Assembly (NCBI GenBank): GCA_025603075.1
Contig: MU626318.1
Coordinates: 1-64,000 of the forward strand
Source of the DNA: Neoconidiobolus thromboides FSU 785
Lineage: Eukaryota; Fungi; Entomophthoromycota
Length of the DNA: 64,000 nucleotides
Direction: 5' to 3'
Below are positions 1-11,818 of this stretch, piece by piece (the first letter of the stretch is position 1; each line of letters starts with the position of its first letter). The notes beneath the pieces are model-generated. The model searched no databases, was not told where the DNA came from, and saw nothing but the letters and a program-made list of their open reading frames with translations. A program made the translations under genes and the position numbers.

Positions 1-302
1 TTTATACTTTTCAGAGTATAAAAGAGTTTACAGAGTATAATAGTCCGAGGCTTTTTAACTGAATTATTCCTTGATATCTCGAACATTTAATAAAGCCACT
101 AAGTTTTCTTAATAGTATTTTACATAGATTTTACATTAGTATTGTCTATTCTATCTGTTTTATATAGCTTGTAACCTATTACGTGCTATTCCTCATAATC
201 CAAGTCTATCTTAGTCACATAAACTAAGACCTTTCGACTTATAGTGTAGTCAACCTAGCAATAGCTGTTCTTGACTCCAAACTCTGAGTACCAGATTTCA
301 CA
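1..302 (+). mobile_element. Solo-LTR-like element, 3' part (truncated by window start)
   Basis: Highly similar to 50270-50537; ends ...GAGTACCAGATTTCACA; contains TATAAAA and AATAAA in LTR-like order. Confidence 0.7.
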
Positions 303-392
303 ACTTTACAAAATTATCATATATTTTATTTAATTTTGTTTATATTTAAATTTGGATTACTGAATTAATATTGTAATATCAAAAATTATAAC

Positions 393-498
393 ATATGGGG
401 CTGTTTTTTTTAGTTTCATTATTTTTCCATTTTTTAAGCGCTATTTACGTGGAAAAATTGTCAGTAAAATTCTTAAATACAAAAATACATCCCCATAT
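393..498 (-). mobile_element. ~100-bp MITE-like element, copy 1
   Basis: ATATGGGGCTGTTTTT...AAAATACATCCCCATAT ends; core AAGCGCTATTT/GGAAAA/TTCTTAAA. Confidence 0.8.
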
Positions 499-1167
499 AT
501 ATTAAATTGACAATATTTAACTGTTATAGTAATGCTTATTTAATTTAATAGTATTTAAATTTCAATTTTATTAAAATTTTTTATAGAAATTAAAAATCAA
601 AGTTCAAGTATTGTTTTGTCTGTTTTATATTGATATATTCGTTAGCTTGAAATTATAAGAAAACATAAAAGCACAAAATTTAACTTTATATTATTATGTA
701 ATTATATTTAGAGCTTTAATTTAAATTAATTATATAAATTTTATTTTTTTCAATTAATAAATATATATTTTTATTAGTCATATCATGAAACATTGTTTTT
801 TAAATTAACAATTAGCTATGATTTATATGACAAACTTAACACAACCTAAGTGGTTTCGCTATTAAAATCAGATCTGTTTATAAATTTATACATGACTAAA
901 TTAAAATTCTATATTTAGATTTCTATAAAATTTTTTACTTGGTTACAAAAAATATTGTTTTTATATTTTAATATGCATATTTAATAACTATATTAAAACT
1001 ATAACTGATAGCATCTTTTTTATGTATAGCATTTTAATATAAACTATAAAATAAACCTTCTACCATGCTATTTCTTTTTTTAAATTTCGTTATGCTTAAT
1101 TTAATAAACTTATTTTAATTTTAGCTGTGTAATTTTTTATCAACATAAATTACTTATTTGCTATTAT

Positions 1168-1274
1168 ATATGGGGATGTTTTTTTTTGGTTTCATTACTT
1201 TTCGATTTCTTAAGGACTATTTGAGTGGAAAGACTGTTAGTAAAATTCTTAAACAAAAAAATACACCCTCATAT
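1168..1274 (-). mobile_element. MITE-like element, copy 2
   Basis: ATATGGGGATGTTTTT...AATACACCCTCATAT, same internal core. Confidence 0.8.
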
Positions 1275-1356
1275 TATTTTTTATTTATAAATCAATTTTG
1301 GTTGTTAAAATTAGTTTTTTTTACTATTTATTATTAGCACTTTGTTATTAAGAAGA

Positions 1357-1819
1357 TATGTAATTTGGTACTCTCAGTGGTTGGAGTCTCAAAGCCAGTT
1401 CTTGCTTGATTAATTAGTCCTAAGTTGAAAGGTTTTAGTTTGTGTAACTAACATAGACTTGAATTATGAAGAATAGCATGTAATGGGTTACAGACTATGT
1501 AAGACAAATGGAATAGACAACACTAATATAAAATTTACATAAGATACTATATGAAAGATTCAGTAGCTTTATTAAAGGTACAATACAAGGGATAATTCAG
1601 TTAAAGGGTCTCAAGTTATTATATTAAAGAATCTCTTTTATACTTCAAGTATGGATATCGAATCGAGAAGATAATATTCTTTGTGACGAAGTTAGTAATT
1701 TTCTCAGAAAATCAAGACAAAGGGACTTTGAACTGATTGTGTCTAAACTCGAGGACACAACGGCCTAAGTAATTGTTATATTGTAGTCAATCATAAAGCT
1801 GACAAAGCGGCATTTCGCA
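1357..1819 (-). mobile_element. Diverged solo-LTR-like element
   Basis: Reverse-complement similarity along 50074-50537; starts TATGTAATTTGGTACTC, ends GCTGACAAAGCGGCATTTCGCA. Confidence 0.65.
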
Positions 1820-2119
1820 AAAAGTAACCTGTTTTTAAATTTGCTAAAAAAACCTGTTTCATCAAATAAAAAAATTAATAAAAAAATAAAAATAAAAGTT
1901 TGAGTTAAGCAGTATCAATATAAAGATAAATTATAGTCAAAAAGTTTTTAATGGTTATTTTTAAATTAACTATTTTAAAGAAAAGATACATATTTAAACT
2001 TAATACACTATTATTAATTTAAATTTTTGTATCATAAATATATTTGTGCAAGGAACTTAATTTTTGAAGTTTTAATTATTTTGTTTTAGTTTTTTATTTT
2101 ATAAACTTTATTTCAAACA

Positions 2120-2225
2120 AATGGGGATATATTTTCATGTTTAAGAATTTTACTAATAAATTTTCCACTCAAATAGTGTTTAAAAGGTAGAAAAAGTAAT
2201 GAAGGCAAAAAAAACAGCCCCAAAT
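2120..2225 (+). mobile_element. MITE-like element, copy 3
   Basis: ATGGGGATATATTTT...CCACTCAAATAG...AAAACAGCCCC. Confidence 0.75.
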
Positions 2226-2534
2226 AGTGTTTTACTTTAACATGAAATGTATAAAAAGTTAAATAGATTAATTAATTGAGAATAAATTTTACGAATGAAA
2301 AAATTGCCATAAAATAGATAAGTAAAAATCAAATAAAGAAAACAATAGTTTCACAGTAGAAAGATAAATAGAATCAGATATATTATAATCAAGTTTGATA
2401 AAATGCTTATAAATAAGCAATTGTCATGTTTGTATTTAATGATAAAATTAAAGTTAAAACAAAAACATTTTTCAACTTATTAAAAAGTTGTGATTTTATT
2501 TTAAAACAAGCTATTTGAATTTATTGAGTTTAAT

Positions 2535-2638
2535 AATGGGGATGTATTTTTATATTTAAGAATTTTACTAGTAAATTTTCCACTGAAATAGCGCTTAAGA
2601 TAGAAAAAATAATAAAGCCAAAAAAACATCACCAATAT
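2535..2638 (+). mobile_element. MITE-like element, copy 4
   Basis: ATGGGGATGTATTTTT...AATAGCGCTTAA...AAAACATCACC. Confidence 0.75.
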
Positions 2639-3453
2639 TTAATCTATTTTTTATGTTTTTTCCAGTTATTTGAATATTATATTGCTATTTTTACTTCTTT
2701 TTATTGTATTTACAAACAATATTAAAAAATTATACAAAGTAGCTTGTTGATAGTTTTTTCTGCTTTACAGCTGTGCTTTTGCTAAAATTACCCCCTGCTC
2801 TCAGTTTAAATTTAATACTTTGATAACCTCTTTTCCAGTGAATTTAAAAAAATCAAATGCAAAATAAAAGATTTCTACTTTTTAGTAAGGTTTTTATTTC
2901 AAGAATACGTTGTTTTTAGGCTAGCCCTTTCTATAAGTAAACTATTAAATTGATTTTTTTATGATCTGACCTTACATTTAATTGGATATGGCATAATCTT
3001 TTCTCTTAAGTGAGCAGTTGATTAAGTTGCAAAAAAGCTGCAATAGCTATAAATCAACTCATCTAATAAAGTTATTAATAGTTTGACTATTCATTAAATA
3101 ATCACTATAAAATATAAAAATGATATAAATTAAATGGAGCACCAAGGTCTATTAATTGGATTTCAATTTAAAAGTAAAACTTGTAGCATTTTCCTAAAAT
3201 GTATGCTTTGGAGTTACAAACAAATTTAACCACTAAACTAATTATTTAAGCGCTTTAAAAGTTGTGCATAAAAAGGAATTAAAAATAGTATTTTAATACT
3301 GTTAGAAATTTTAATTAGCTTTTATTCTTGCATAATAATCTAATACTAATTATGCTAAAAATAAATTAATTACTCCTCTAGTTAAATGATTTATTTTCGA
3401 GAATTTATTACAAACCATTATAACGAACTTATTTTTCATTTAAAAGCAACTAC

Positions 3454-3460
3454 TATATAA
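3454..3460 (+). promoter_or_regulatory. TATA box of secreted protein gene 3512
   Basis: TATATAA 58 bp upstream of ATG; same spacing in paralogs. Confidence 0.55.
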
Positions 3461-3511
3461 ACAACCAGTTCAGGATCAACCTGGGTAAAAAATTATATTA
3501 AATAATTTAAA

Positions 3512-3982
3512 ATGTACAAACTCATCACTTCCGTTATCGCTACTTTTTTAGTTTCCTCTAGTTTAGCTTTAGACTGGTCCCACAAATGTGATGTTGTTGA
3601 TGGAAGGGTTAAAGGTGCTGATGGTAAAGATCAATACGTTTTCACCTGTAAATGTACCTCTGACTATTTCGGAAGAAAAGTAGAGCTATCTTGTGGAGGT
3701 ACTACTGACACTAAACAATCTAGCTGTCAATCCGATTTTGCTTACTCTGAAGATAAATGGGTCAATGCTATTGTAAGAAAATGCTCAGCTGACTCCATTG
3801 TTATTGATACTTATGTTAACCGTGGTGGCTCTGAACATTATGAATTCCCTCTCATTTGTGAACATCAAGCTTATAGTAGGATTTGTCATGGCGAAAAAAT
3901 TCTTGAAAAAGCTACTGAAACTAGCTCCGCTGTATATAGTACTACTACCCAAAAGCCAAAATGCACCAGCAAGCATTATTAA
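3512..3982 (+). CDS. Small secreted Cys-rich protein (8-Cys family, plus Thr/Ser tail)
   Basis: 156-aa intronless ORF, hydrophobic N-terminal signal-like peptide, C-CxC-C-C-C-C-C pattern shared with 8810 and 13223. Confidence 0.85.
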   Translation: MYKLITSVIATFLVSSSLALDWSHKCDVVDGRVKGADGKDQYVFTCKCTSDYFGRKVELSCGGTTDTKQSSCQSDFAYSEDKWVNAIVRKCSADSIVIDTYVNRGGSEHYEFPLICEHQAYSRICHGEKILEKATETSSAVYSTTTQKPKCTSKHY

Positions 3983-4573
3983 TTCCTTAATCGTTAAATA
4001 TCCTTGATTTTGAAGTTTAGTTATTGACAACAAATTTCCAATAAAATATCATTTATTCACAAATATGTATAAATACTTGATCTAATTTATATAGTCTTTA
4101 TATTCTAATTTATATTATAAAAAGTATTTAATACTATAAATTAAATAAGCTTTACAAAAAACTGTTTCAGCGTTACAATATTATTAATTTTTTTATTGAT
4201 CAAACATTCAGAACATTTTTGTTTATATAGTAAACCTATTTAAAATTTTAACTTCGATTTAAATCCTACAAGCATATAGGTAGAGATGTCCAAACTGATT
4301 TCATTTTTTTGTCTAATTTTAAAAAAATTTATAATCCATATTATAAACTAGCGGAATTTCCGTTAAAACTAATAGAAATTTCTAGGTTAGCAAGCCTTTT
4401 ACTAATGTAACCTATATACTCTCATATTGATCAAAGTTGTAATATATAAGTAAATACATCTCCCTATAAAACTTTATTGAAAGATATTTATTGTTAACTG
4501 CTCTATAACTAATATTACAGATTTGCTATTGAATAAACAAATCGTTTTGATATTACAATTACATTATTAGCAT

Positions 4574-4673
4574 ACAGGGATGCTTTTTTTGGCTTCATTA
4601 CTTTTCATATTTTTTAAGCCTATTTGAGTGGAAAATTATTAGTAAAATTCTTAATAAAAATACATCCCCATAT
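4574..4673 (-). mobile_element. MITE-like element, copy 5
   Basis: GGGATGCTTTTT...TATTTGAGTGGAAAA...ATACATCCCCATAT. Confidence 0.75.
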
Positions 4674-4709
4674 TTTATTTAAATTTTAAAACTATTATAT
4701 AATACAATT

Positions 4710-4816
4710 ATATGGGGATGTATTTTTGTGTTTAAGAATCCTACGAACAAATTTTCTGCTTAAATAGTGCTTAAAAAATGGAAAAAATAATGAAGTCAAA
4801 AAAAACACTCTCATGT
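4710..4816 (+). mobile_element. MITE-like element, copy 6
   Basis: ATATGGGGATGTATTTTTGTG...AAAACACTCTCAT; inverted relative to copy 5, ~36 bp away. Confidence 0.8.
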
Positions 4817-5461
4817 AATTTTTTTGATAATTTCAAATATGTTTTTTTAAGTGTTGATATAAAAAATATATAATTCATATAGCTTTTTTTTATCAGAAGA
4901 TTTTTATATCTTTGTTTTATTTTTTACTGTGTTTATCTTATTTTCAAACAACTTTTTTCTAGCTGTATACTAGGCACATGTATTATATGAATTTGTTTTC
5001 CTTGCTAATTTTTTTAAATTACTTTCTATATATTTAGAAAACATCAATTTAGCTACTGCTTTATCTTCTAAATTGTTAAAATATTTACTGTGTATTATTT
5101 TTTTATTAAATTTAATACTTTCATATCTATCAAAAGAATGTACTGAAGTTATAGTTGATAATAATCCTACTTATTGGTTTTTATTCCCTGTTTCCCTTAA
5201 AACATTAATTTTATACATTGCTTGGTTAAGTTTATTATTACAAGATTCTATAAACTCTGGATTATTATAAATAGTTGTTAAAATCGATATAAATAAATTA
5301 TAATATTTATATAATGTGTTTTTCTCTATTATATTAAAGTTTTTGAAAATTTTATTTTGAAATTTACTTACAAAAGGTTGCATTTTGTTTTTATTCTAAT
5401 AAAAAGTAAATCTTTAAGTTAAATTTTCTTATTTAGTTTTGAGCTTTCTGAATTTAGCTAA

Positions 5462-5615
5462 TGTGAAACCTAGTACTTAGTAGTTGGAGTCAAAAGATCT
5501 TTTACTTGATTAACTACCCATAAGTTGAAAGGTTTTAGTTTGTGTAACTAACATAGACTTGAATTATGAAGAATAGCATGTAATGGGTTACAGACTATGT
5601 AAGACAAATGGAATA
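5462..5615 (-). mobile_element. Solo-LTR-like fragment cut by assembly gap
   Basis: Starts TGTGAAACCTAGTACT; 5521-5615 identical to 1421-1515. Confidence 0.55.
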
Positions 5616-6510
5616 NNNNNNNNNNNNNNNNNNNNNNNNNNNNNNNNNNNNNNNNNNNNNNNNNNNNNNNNNNNNNNNNNNNNNNNNNNNNNNNNNNNNN
5701 NNNNNNNNNNNNNNNNNNNNNNNNNNNNNNNNNNNNNNNNNNNNNNNNNNNNNNNNNNNNNNNNNNNNNNNNNNNNNNNNNNNNNNNNNNNNNNNNNNNN
5801 NNNNNNNNNNNNNNNNNNNNNNNNNNNNNNNNNNNNNNNNNNNNNNNNNNNNNNNNNNNNNNNNNNNNNNNNNNNNNNNNNNNNNNNNNNNNNNNNNNNN
5901 NNNNNNNNNNNNNNNNNNNNNNNNNNNNNNNNNNNNNNNNNNNNNNNNNNNNNNNNNNNNNNNNNNNNNNNNNNNNNNNNNNNNNNNNNNNNNNNNNNNN
6001 NNNNNNNNNNNNNNNNNNNNNNNNNNNNNNNNNNNNNNNNNNNNNNNNNNNNNNNNNNNNNNNNNNNNNNNNNNNNNNNNNNNNNNNNNNNNNNNNNNNN
6101 NNNNNNNNNNNNNNNNNNNNNNNNNNNNNNNNNNNNNNNNNNNNNNNNNNNNNNNNNNNNNNNNNNNNNNNNNNNNNNNNNNNNNNNNNNNNNNNNNNNN
6201 NNNNNNNNNNNNNNNNNNNNNNNNNNNNNNNNNNNNNNNNNNNNNNNNNNNNNNNNNNNNNNNNNNNNNNNNNNNNNNNNNNNNNNNNNNNNNNNNNNNN
6301 NNNNNNNNNNNNNNNNNNNNNNNNNNNNNNNNNNNNNNNNNNNNNNNNNNNNNNNNNNNNNNNNNNNNNNNNNNNNNNNNNNNNNNNNNNNNNNNNNNNN
6401 NNNNNNNNNNNNNNNNNNNNNNNNNNNNNNNNNNNNNNNNNNNNNNNNNNNNNNNNNNNNNNNNNNNNNNNNNNNNNNNNNNNNNNNNNNNNNNNNNNNN
6501 NNNNNNNNNN
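5616..6510. other. Assembly gap (N run)
   Basis: Run of N. Confidence 1.

Positions 6511-6605
<95 letters not shown>
6511..6605. repeat. (AAT)n microsatellite, ~31 units
   Basis: Perfect AAT repeat at the gap edge. Confidence 0.95.
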
Positions 6606-6606
<1 letters not shown>

Positions 6607-6712
6607 CTATATTAAAGTATTACTTAATATATTTAAAAGAATAATAATATTTTATAATGAAAAGTCAAAGATGTACACAAAGTTTAAATTTTAGTTGCAT
6701 AATAAAACGTTA

Positions 6713-6816
6713 TATAAGTGTGTTTTTTTGACTTCATCACTTTTTCCATCTTTTAAGCCCTATTTGAGCGCAAAATTATTAGCAAAATTCTTAAACACAA
6801 AAATATAGCTCCATAT
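6713..6816 (-). mobile_element. MITE-like element, copy 7 (degenerate ends)
   Basis: Internal core GACTTCATCACTTTTTCCATCTTTTAAG...TTCTTAAACACAAAAATA. Confidence 0.7.
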
Positions 6817-8752
6817 ATTTTAAACATTAAGCTATTATATTATATTTTTTTATTTAGAATTACTATAGTAAAATAATTAATAACACATCTGCTAAATTTA
6901 TTTCTGAAGCATCTAGTACTTACTTTTATGACTAATAATTAACATGTTAATTGTGGCATGATACTTAAATCTTATATTAAAGTATACAATTGTTTTGTAA
7001 AATAAACTTAAAAATTGTAGAGCTTTTAGATTATACTGTAATTTTGATTTTTTACCTAAAAGTTAAATTAATTTTTTATACTCGTTGTTTCAGTGTTAAT
7101 GACTTTAGAAATTATTATATTTTAATTTGAAATAAGGTATAATATGTATATATAAATAAGCTTGAACGTTTTTGGATTTGTTTTATTTTATTTTTATTTA
7201 TGACTTTAGAAATGTTACCTACAAATGTGACCAACCTGTATATTAATTCATCATAAAGAATTCTTTAAAAAATGAATGATGTAACTAAATGATATTCAAA
7301 TGACCTGTTGTATTAATAAAGTAGGCATTAATTTATTTATTTGTATATTAAATCGTTAGAGATATGCAAATAGTTCATTTATATAACGACTAAAAAAAAT
7401 ACTTTCATAATTTAAAAATATTTAAAAATTAGTATGTCTATTTGGATGTGTTCAAATAGACATACTAAAATTCAATTTTTTTTAACTTTGATTTAGATTT
7501 AAGATTACAAACCTTTAAGGCTAATTTAAAAATTGGAGCAGTTAGGGGATGTATTATACTCATTAGTTTTTTTTATAAGGGCATTTTATAAATAGCTCCT
7601 GTTTTCTAGTTTTGAAAACGTTATTAGATGCAACAGTAAATATTCTTTGTAACTGAGAATGAAATTTATTTCAAGCTAAAGAATCTAATTGCTGCAATTC
7701 TACACCATTGCCACTAATCACCAAAAAAAATCAAGTTATGAAATATCCCTATAAAAGTAAGTGCGTTTTTTAAAATTTAGCGAATTTTTTCAAAAGATAA
7801 CTTTTATTTTTTGTTTGTGCTCAACTTCTCTTTTTGCAATGAAGCAGTACTATGAAAAGTTGAACCTTAGGCTTTAATTAGTCTATCAATGTAAGGAAAA
7901 ATAATGCCTTTATACTACTAGAAAGCTAGGAAAGTGTTGTTTTAGGAAAAGCGGTCAATTAAAACATCAAAATATTAGTTACTAGGCTATTATTCTAATT
8001 CTGGTTCTTTATAATAAATATATTTATTGAGTAACTTTTAGAAATTAAATTAAAGAATATTTGCATAAATTTTTATGTAAATTTCAGGCTTTTTGATAAT
8101 GATGGTCATTAATAAGAGTTATTATTTATTGCGTATTTGTGATTGAAATTATCAGATAAAGACTAAATCAAATAATTTTACTATTGTTTATTTATTGAAT
8201 ACTCTTACGACTATTAGCTTAATAAAAACATACCCTTGTTGAATGACGATAATTGTTAAGTTTCGCACATAAGATAGTTTTTACTAATTTGTTGGAAAAA
8301 ATTGTATAGGTATACTATTTTTTATGACTAAAATATATATAATTTAAATAATAACTTAGAAGGAAATGAAATTCTTAAATTTAATGAATTACTAAACTTA
8401 TTCTTTATTTCTTAATTACATAAACTCTTTTTGCTTTAGTAACGTTTAAGTTTTATCCAAAGTTGAAAAGATGCTTAAATGGTGATAGTTGGTTGGTAAT
8501 ACTCTATAGAGTGTTAATTATTTATGAATAGTAAACTGGGATTATATACAATGATCTAAGTTCTTATGTAATTGAAATAGCCTGGGTATGGATAGTATCA
8601 ATCCTAGCCTACTTATCAACTGGTCATAGTTTCCAAACAGCTAAAAAGGGGGACTCGAGTTAAATTAATATACAATTAATTCAAACCTAAAAAGGACCTA
8701 TCAATTTAAAAACAAGTAAGCTATCCTTTAACAAAATAATATTCTCAAAAAG

Positions 8753-8760
8753 TATATAAA
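8753..8760 (+). promoter_or_regulatory. TATA box of secreted protein gene 8810
   Basis: TATATAAA 57 bp upstream of ATG. Confidence 0.55.
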
Positions 8761-8809
8761 GGACAATGAGTTTTAACAAATCCTCATTAAATTCAAATTA
8801 TAAACAAAA

Positions 8810-9202
8810 ATGACCAAAATTTTCAATATCATCTTAACTGCTGCTTTCATCGCTACCACTTTTGCTCAAAAGTGGAACTATTCATGCGAAATGACTGAAA
8901 CAATGATTAAAAACAACGCTGAGAACGCCATCATATCTTGTAAATGTACTGCTACCTACCAAGACAAAAAAATCGAAATGAAATGTGATGATGCAACCAC
9001 TCCAAAAGGAGGAATTTGCTCTGGTAGCCCAATCCATTCAAATGATAAATCCGTGAGTGCTGCTATTATTGGTTGTGGTATTGGAGGTGCTACCATTGAA
9101 ACCAACAAAAAAGGAGAAGATTATAAAGAGGATACCTTCAAGTTGAACTGTAGTAGTCGTTCAGATGGTCAATCTTGCCGTGGTACCTTTACCCAAGCTT
9201 AA
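8810..9202 (+). CDS. Small secreted 8-Cys protein
   Basis: 130-aa intronless ORF, signal-like MTKIFNIILTAAFIATTFA, 8 Cys; clear paralog of 13223. Confidence 0.88.
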   Translation: MTKIFNIILTAAFIATTFAQKWNYSCEMTETMIKNNAENAIISCKCTATYQDKKIEMKCDDATTPKGGICSGSPIHSNDKSVSAAIIGCGIGGATIETNKKGEDYKEDTFKLNCSSRSDGQSCRGTFTQA

Positions 9203-9579
9203 ATAGATTAGAGTATACTTATAGGCTGGACAGTAATTAAATAAACTATATTTTATTATAAAAAGTGATGTTCAATTCAGAATTTAAGTGTTTTACTAGT
9301 TGACAAAATTATAAATTAAAATTATAGCTTATTTAAGTGTACAAAAGCTCAAAATAGCAGGAAAGTTCCTAAATTATTAAGCTTTATATAGCTGCTAAAA
9401 TTCCATTGTGAACCTAATTTGAGGTAATTTTTAGAGCTATTATTTTTTTGTTTAGTTTTTTCAAAATCTGACTTTAGATTTTAACTTGATTTTAGTAAAA
9501 TTCTATTTTAAATGGACAGTTGACTAGGTCATAACAAGTTGTAGTATCTGTAACTATGCCAAATATTACTACAGTATTT

Positions 9580-10560
9580 TTAAGCTATCACTGCTATAGT
9601 CACGATGAGTTGAAAATACTGTAGTTTGTAGTAATCCACTAATGCTTTGAGCTCTACTGACATCAAAAACAGACTACTTTTTGAAACTAGACCTTTTCTT
9701 AATATATTTTGATAAAATAAAACACTTTGAATTAAATTTTGAGAAAAATATCTAAAGTTGAAAGCAACAGCAATTAACGGTTTAGCCGTTTTGTTTTCCC
9801 AAACTTTATTATTATTTAAAAGCAAAAAAACCAATTCAACAAAACCACATTAATTTTTCACTGTTCAAATTGGTTTTACTTTTGCATAATAACAATATAG
9901 GTAATTAAGTTGACTTGGTCAGGTAATAAAATAGATTTGTTAAAGGGTGAAATTTACTTTTGATAATCAAGTGTTCTAAATTTGCTTTAGCATTAAGTGG
10001 ACACAAATAGGCCTTCTGATAACAACATTCTATTATTTGACATATTGAATTTAATTCCCCATATTGTTCTTTAAATCTTGAACTTGAAAGAAGAAGTATC
10101 TTTATTAAGTTACAAATCAACGGGAACAAGAAGTTCGAGTGATATTTGGCAAAAGGATCAACTTATTTGGAGTTAGAGTCTAGTCGTTTCATGGATAGGT
10201 AATACCATTAGCTCAAGCTATTTGTAATTATGATATTATAAATTATTAATTCTCTTTGTCCCCGAATGACTTTTTTCTTTGGAACACATATGAAAATATA
10301 ATTTAAATTTTTTAAAGACGTTAGCAATTATAGATGAGCTAGACGTATTAATATTAAAAAATACTTTTAAACCCTCCATCACTTAATATTAATAAAACAC
10401 ACTAAAAGATGAATATTTTTTACTCTAGCTAGGCTTATCCACTTGCTTGAATCTTTAAAACTCTAAGGCTTCAACTTGCCTCGCAGAATATTTCAACGCT
10501 ACCACACCATTTTATTCCCAACTCAACTCCTTTGTCTCTCTTTTTCTTATACAATTCTAT
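9580..10560 (-). pseudogene. Possible highly decayed non-LTR retrotransposon ORF2 relic
   Basis: Broken minus-strand translations GIKW, ICVPKKK, MKRL, CYQKAY occur in an order resembling LINE ORF2/RT motifs; weak. Confidence 0.3.
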
Positions 10561-11713
10561 AATCAATAATACAATTAACTTAGTTACAGCCTTCATTGAT
10601 CTACTAATTTCCAAAAAAATAGCTGTAATAAAACGTTAAAATGACATGATAATAAAAATAGTAGAGTTCTTTAAGAAATCAATGATATAATGTAGCCTAT
10701 TCCGATAGCCCTTATCCCATTTTAAATAATTATTTTTACAAAATATCTGATTTATCAGAGATTTTAGAGGAATTTTAAAGCTTATTGAACTTCTATTTAT
10801 AATTTTTGATAATTAATATTGCTGGTAATGAATAATAACAATTAATTGATTTTTGCAATAAAATAATTGTATACTATTAAGCTATTGTTGTATTATTGTA
10901 TTTTTCGGTCAAATCATTAGCAATTATAGTTGAATCTGCCATAAAAATCGTCCAGTCAACTTTATCAAATATTATAAAAATGAATTCTTGTATCAATGAA
11001 TTACAGCTGTTGAAACTCAATTATGCAGTTATCTGCAAAGTTCACAACTGTTATCTGTTTAGGTAGTTTTTTATAACTTGCTGCTTTTTTAAGCAGCCGA
11101 CTTGGATTTAAACTTACAACGTTAAAAAGAAGGTTATTTATAGATAAATATAACCTGGTATGTTGCCAATTTGATTATTATTATTACTAGTGTCCTTGTA
11201 TTTACAATATCAAAACTATTTATAAAAAATATACTAAAATAAAAAAATACCAGCTACACAACTAAGTAAAAGAGTATTCAAGGATTTTGACTTTTTACAA
11301 ATTAAATTGGCAGTAAGTGGTTTACCAGTGGGTTAAAATGATTAAGGGAGAGTTATTAAATAGAATAGCTCATATATATTAATGTATGGGACTAGGGTCA
11401 GAGTCCAATTTCTGTTAATTGGAATCAACCAATCATTTTAGCCCAGTGGTAAACTACTGATTACCACTAAATTCAACAATATAAAAACAACTTGTCAATT
11501 GAAATTATTATAGAAAATTTATGAAATCAGAGTTAATTTACAAACTGCGTTTTTGAAGTATGGCGAAAAAAAATTTGTTAAATTTCCATTTGAATTTCAG
11601 TCAATTTTGGGTTAATTTTAAAGTTTAAATAAGCAACTAGATGCTGCACAATTAAACTTCAATAGCTGCTATTAGCTTATCTACAATTTTTTGAAAATTT
11701 ATTTGTAACTTAA

Positions 11714-11818
11714 TATAGTGATGTTTTTTTGACTTTATCACTTTTTCCATCTTTTAAGCATTATTTGAGTGGAAAATTTGTTAGTAAAGTTCTTAAATAC
11801 AAAAATACATCATCATAT
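11714..11818 (-). mobile_element. MITE-like element, copy 8
   Basis: GATGTTTTTTTGACTTT...TATTTGAGTGGAAAA...AATACATCATCATAT. Confidence 0.75.

Noticed and set aside
5583-6615. 310-aa and 335-aa ORFs in the track
   Set aside because: Artefacts of translating through the N gap and the AAT repeat.
11370-11455. tRNA-like A/B-box fragments (TAGCTCA, GGTCAGAGTCC, TAGCCCAGTGG)
   Set aside because: Spacing is wrong and no cloverleaf can be formed; no tRNA gene is supported anywhere in the window.
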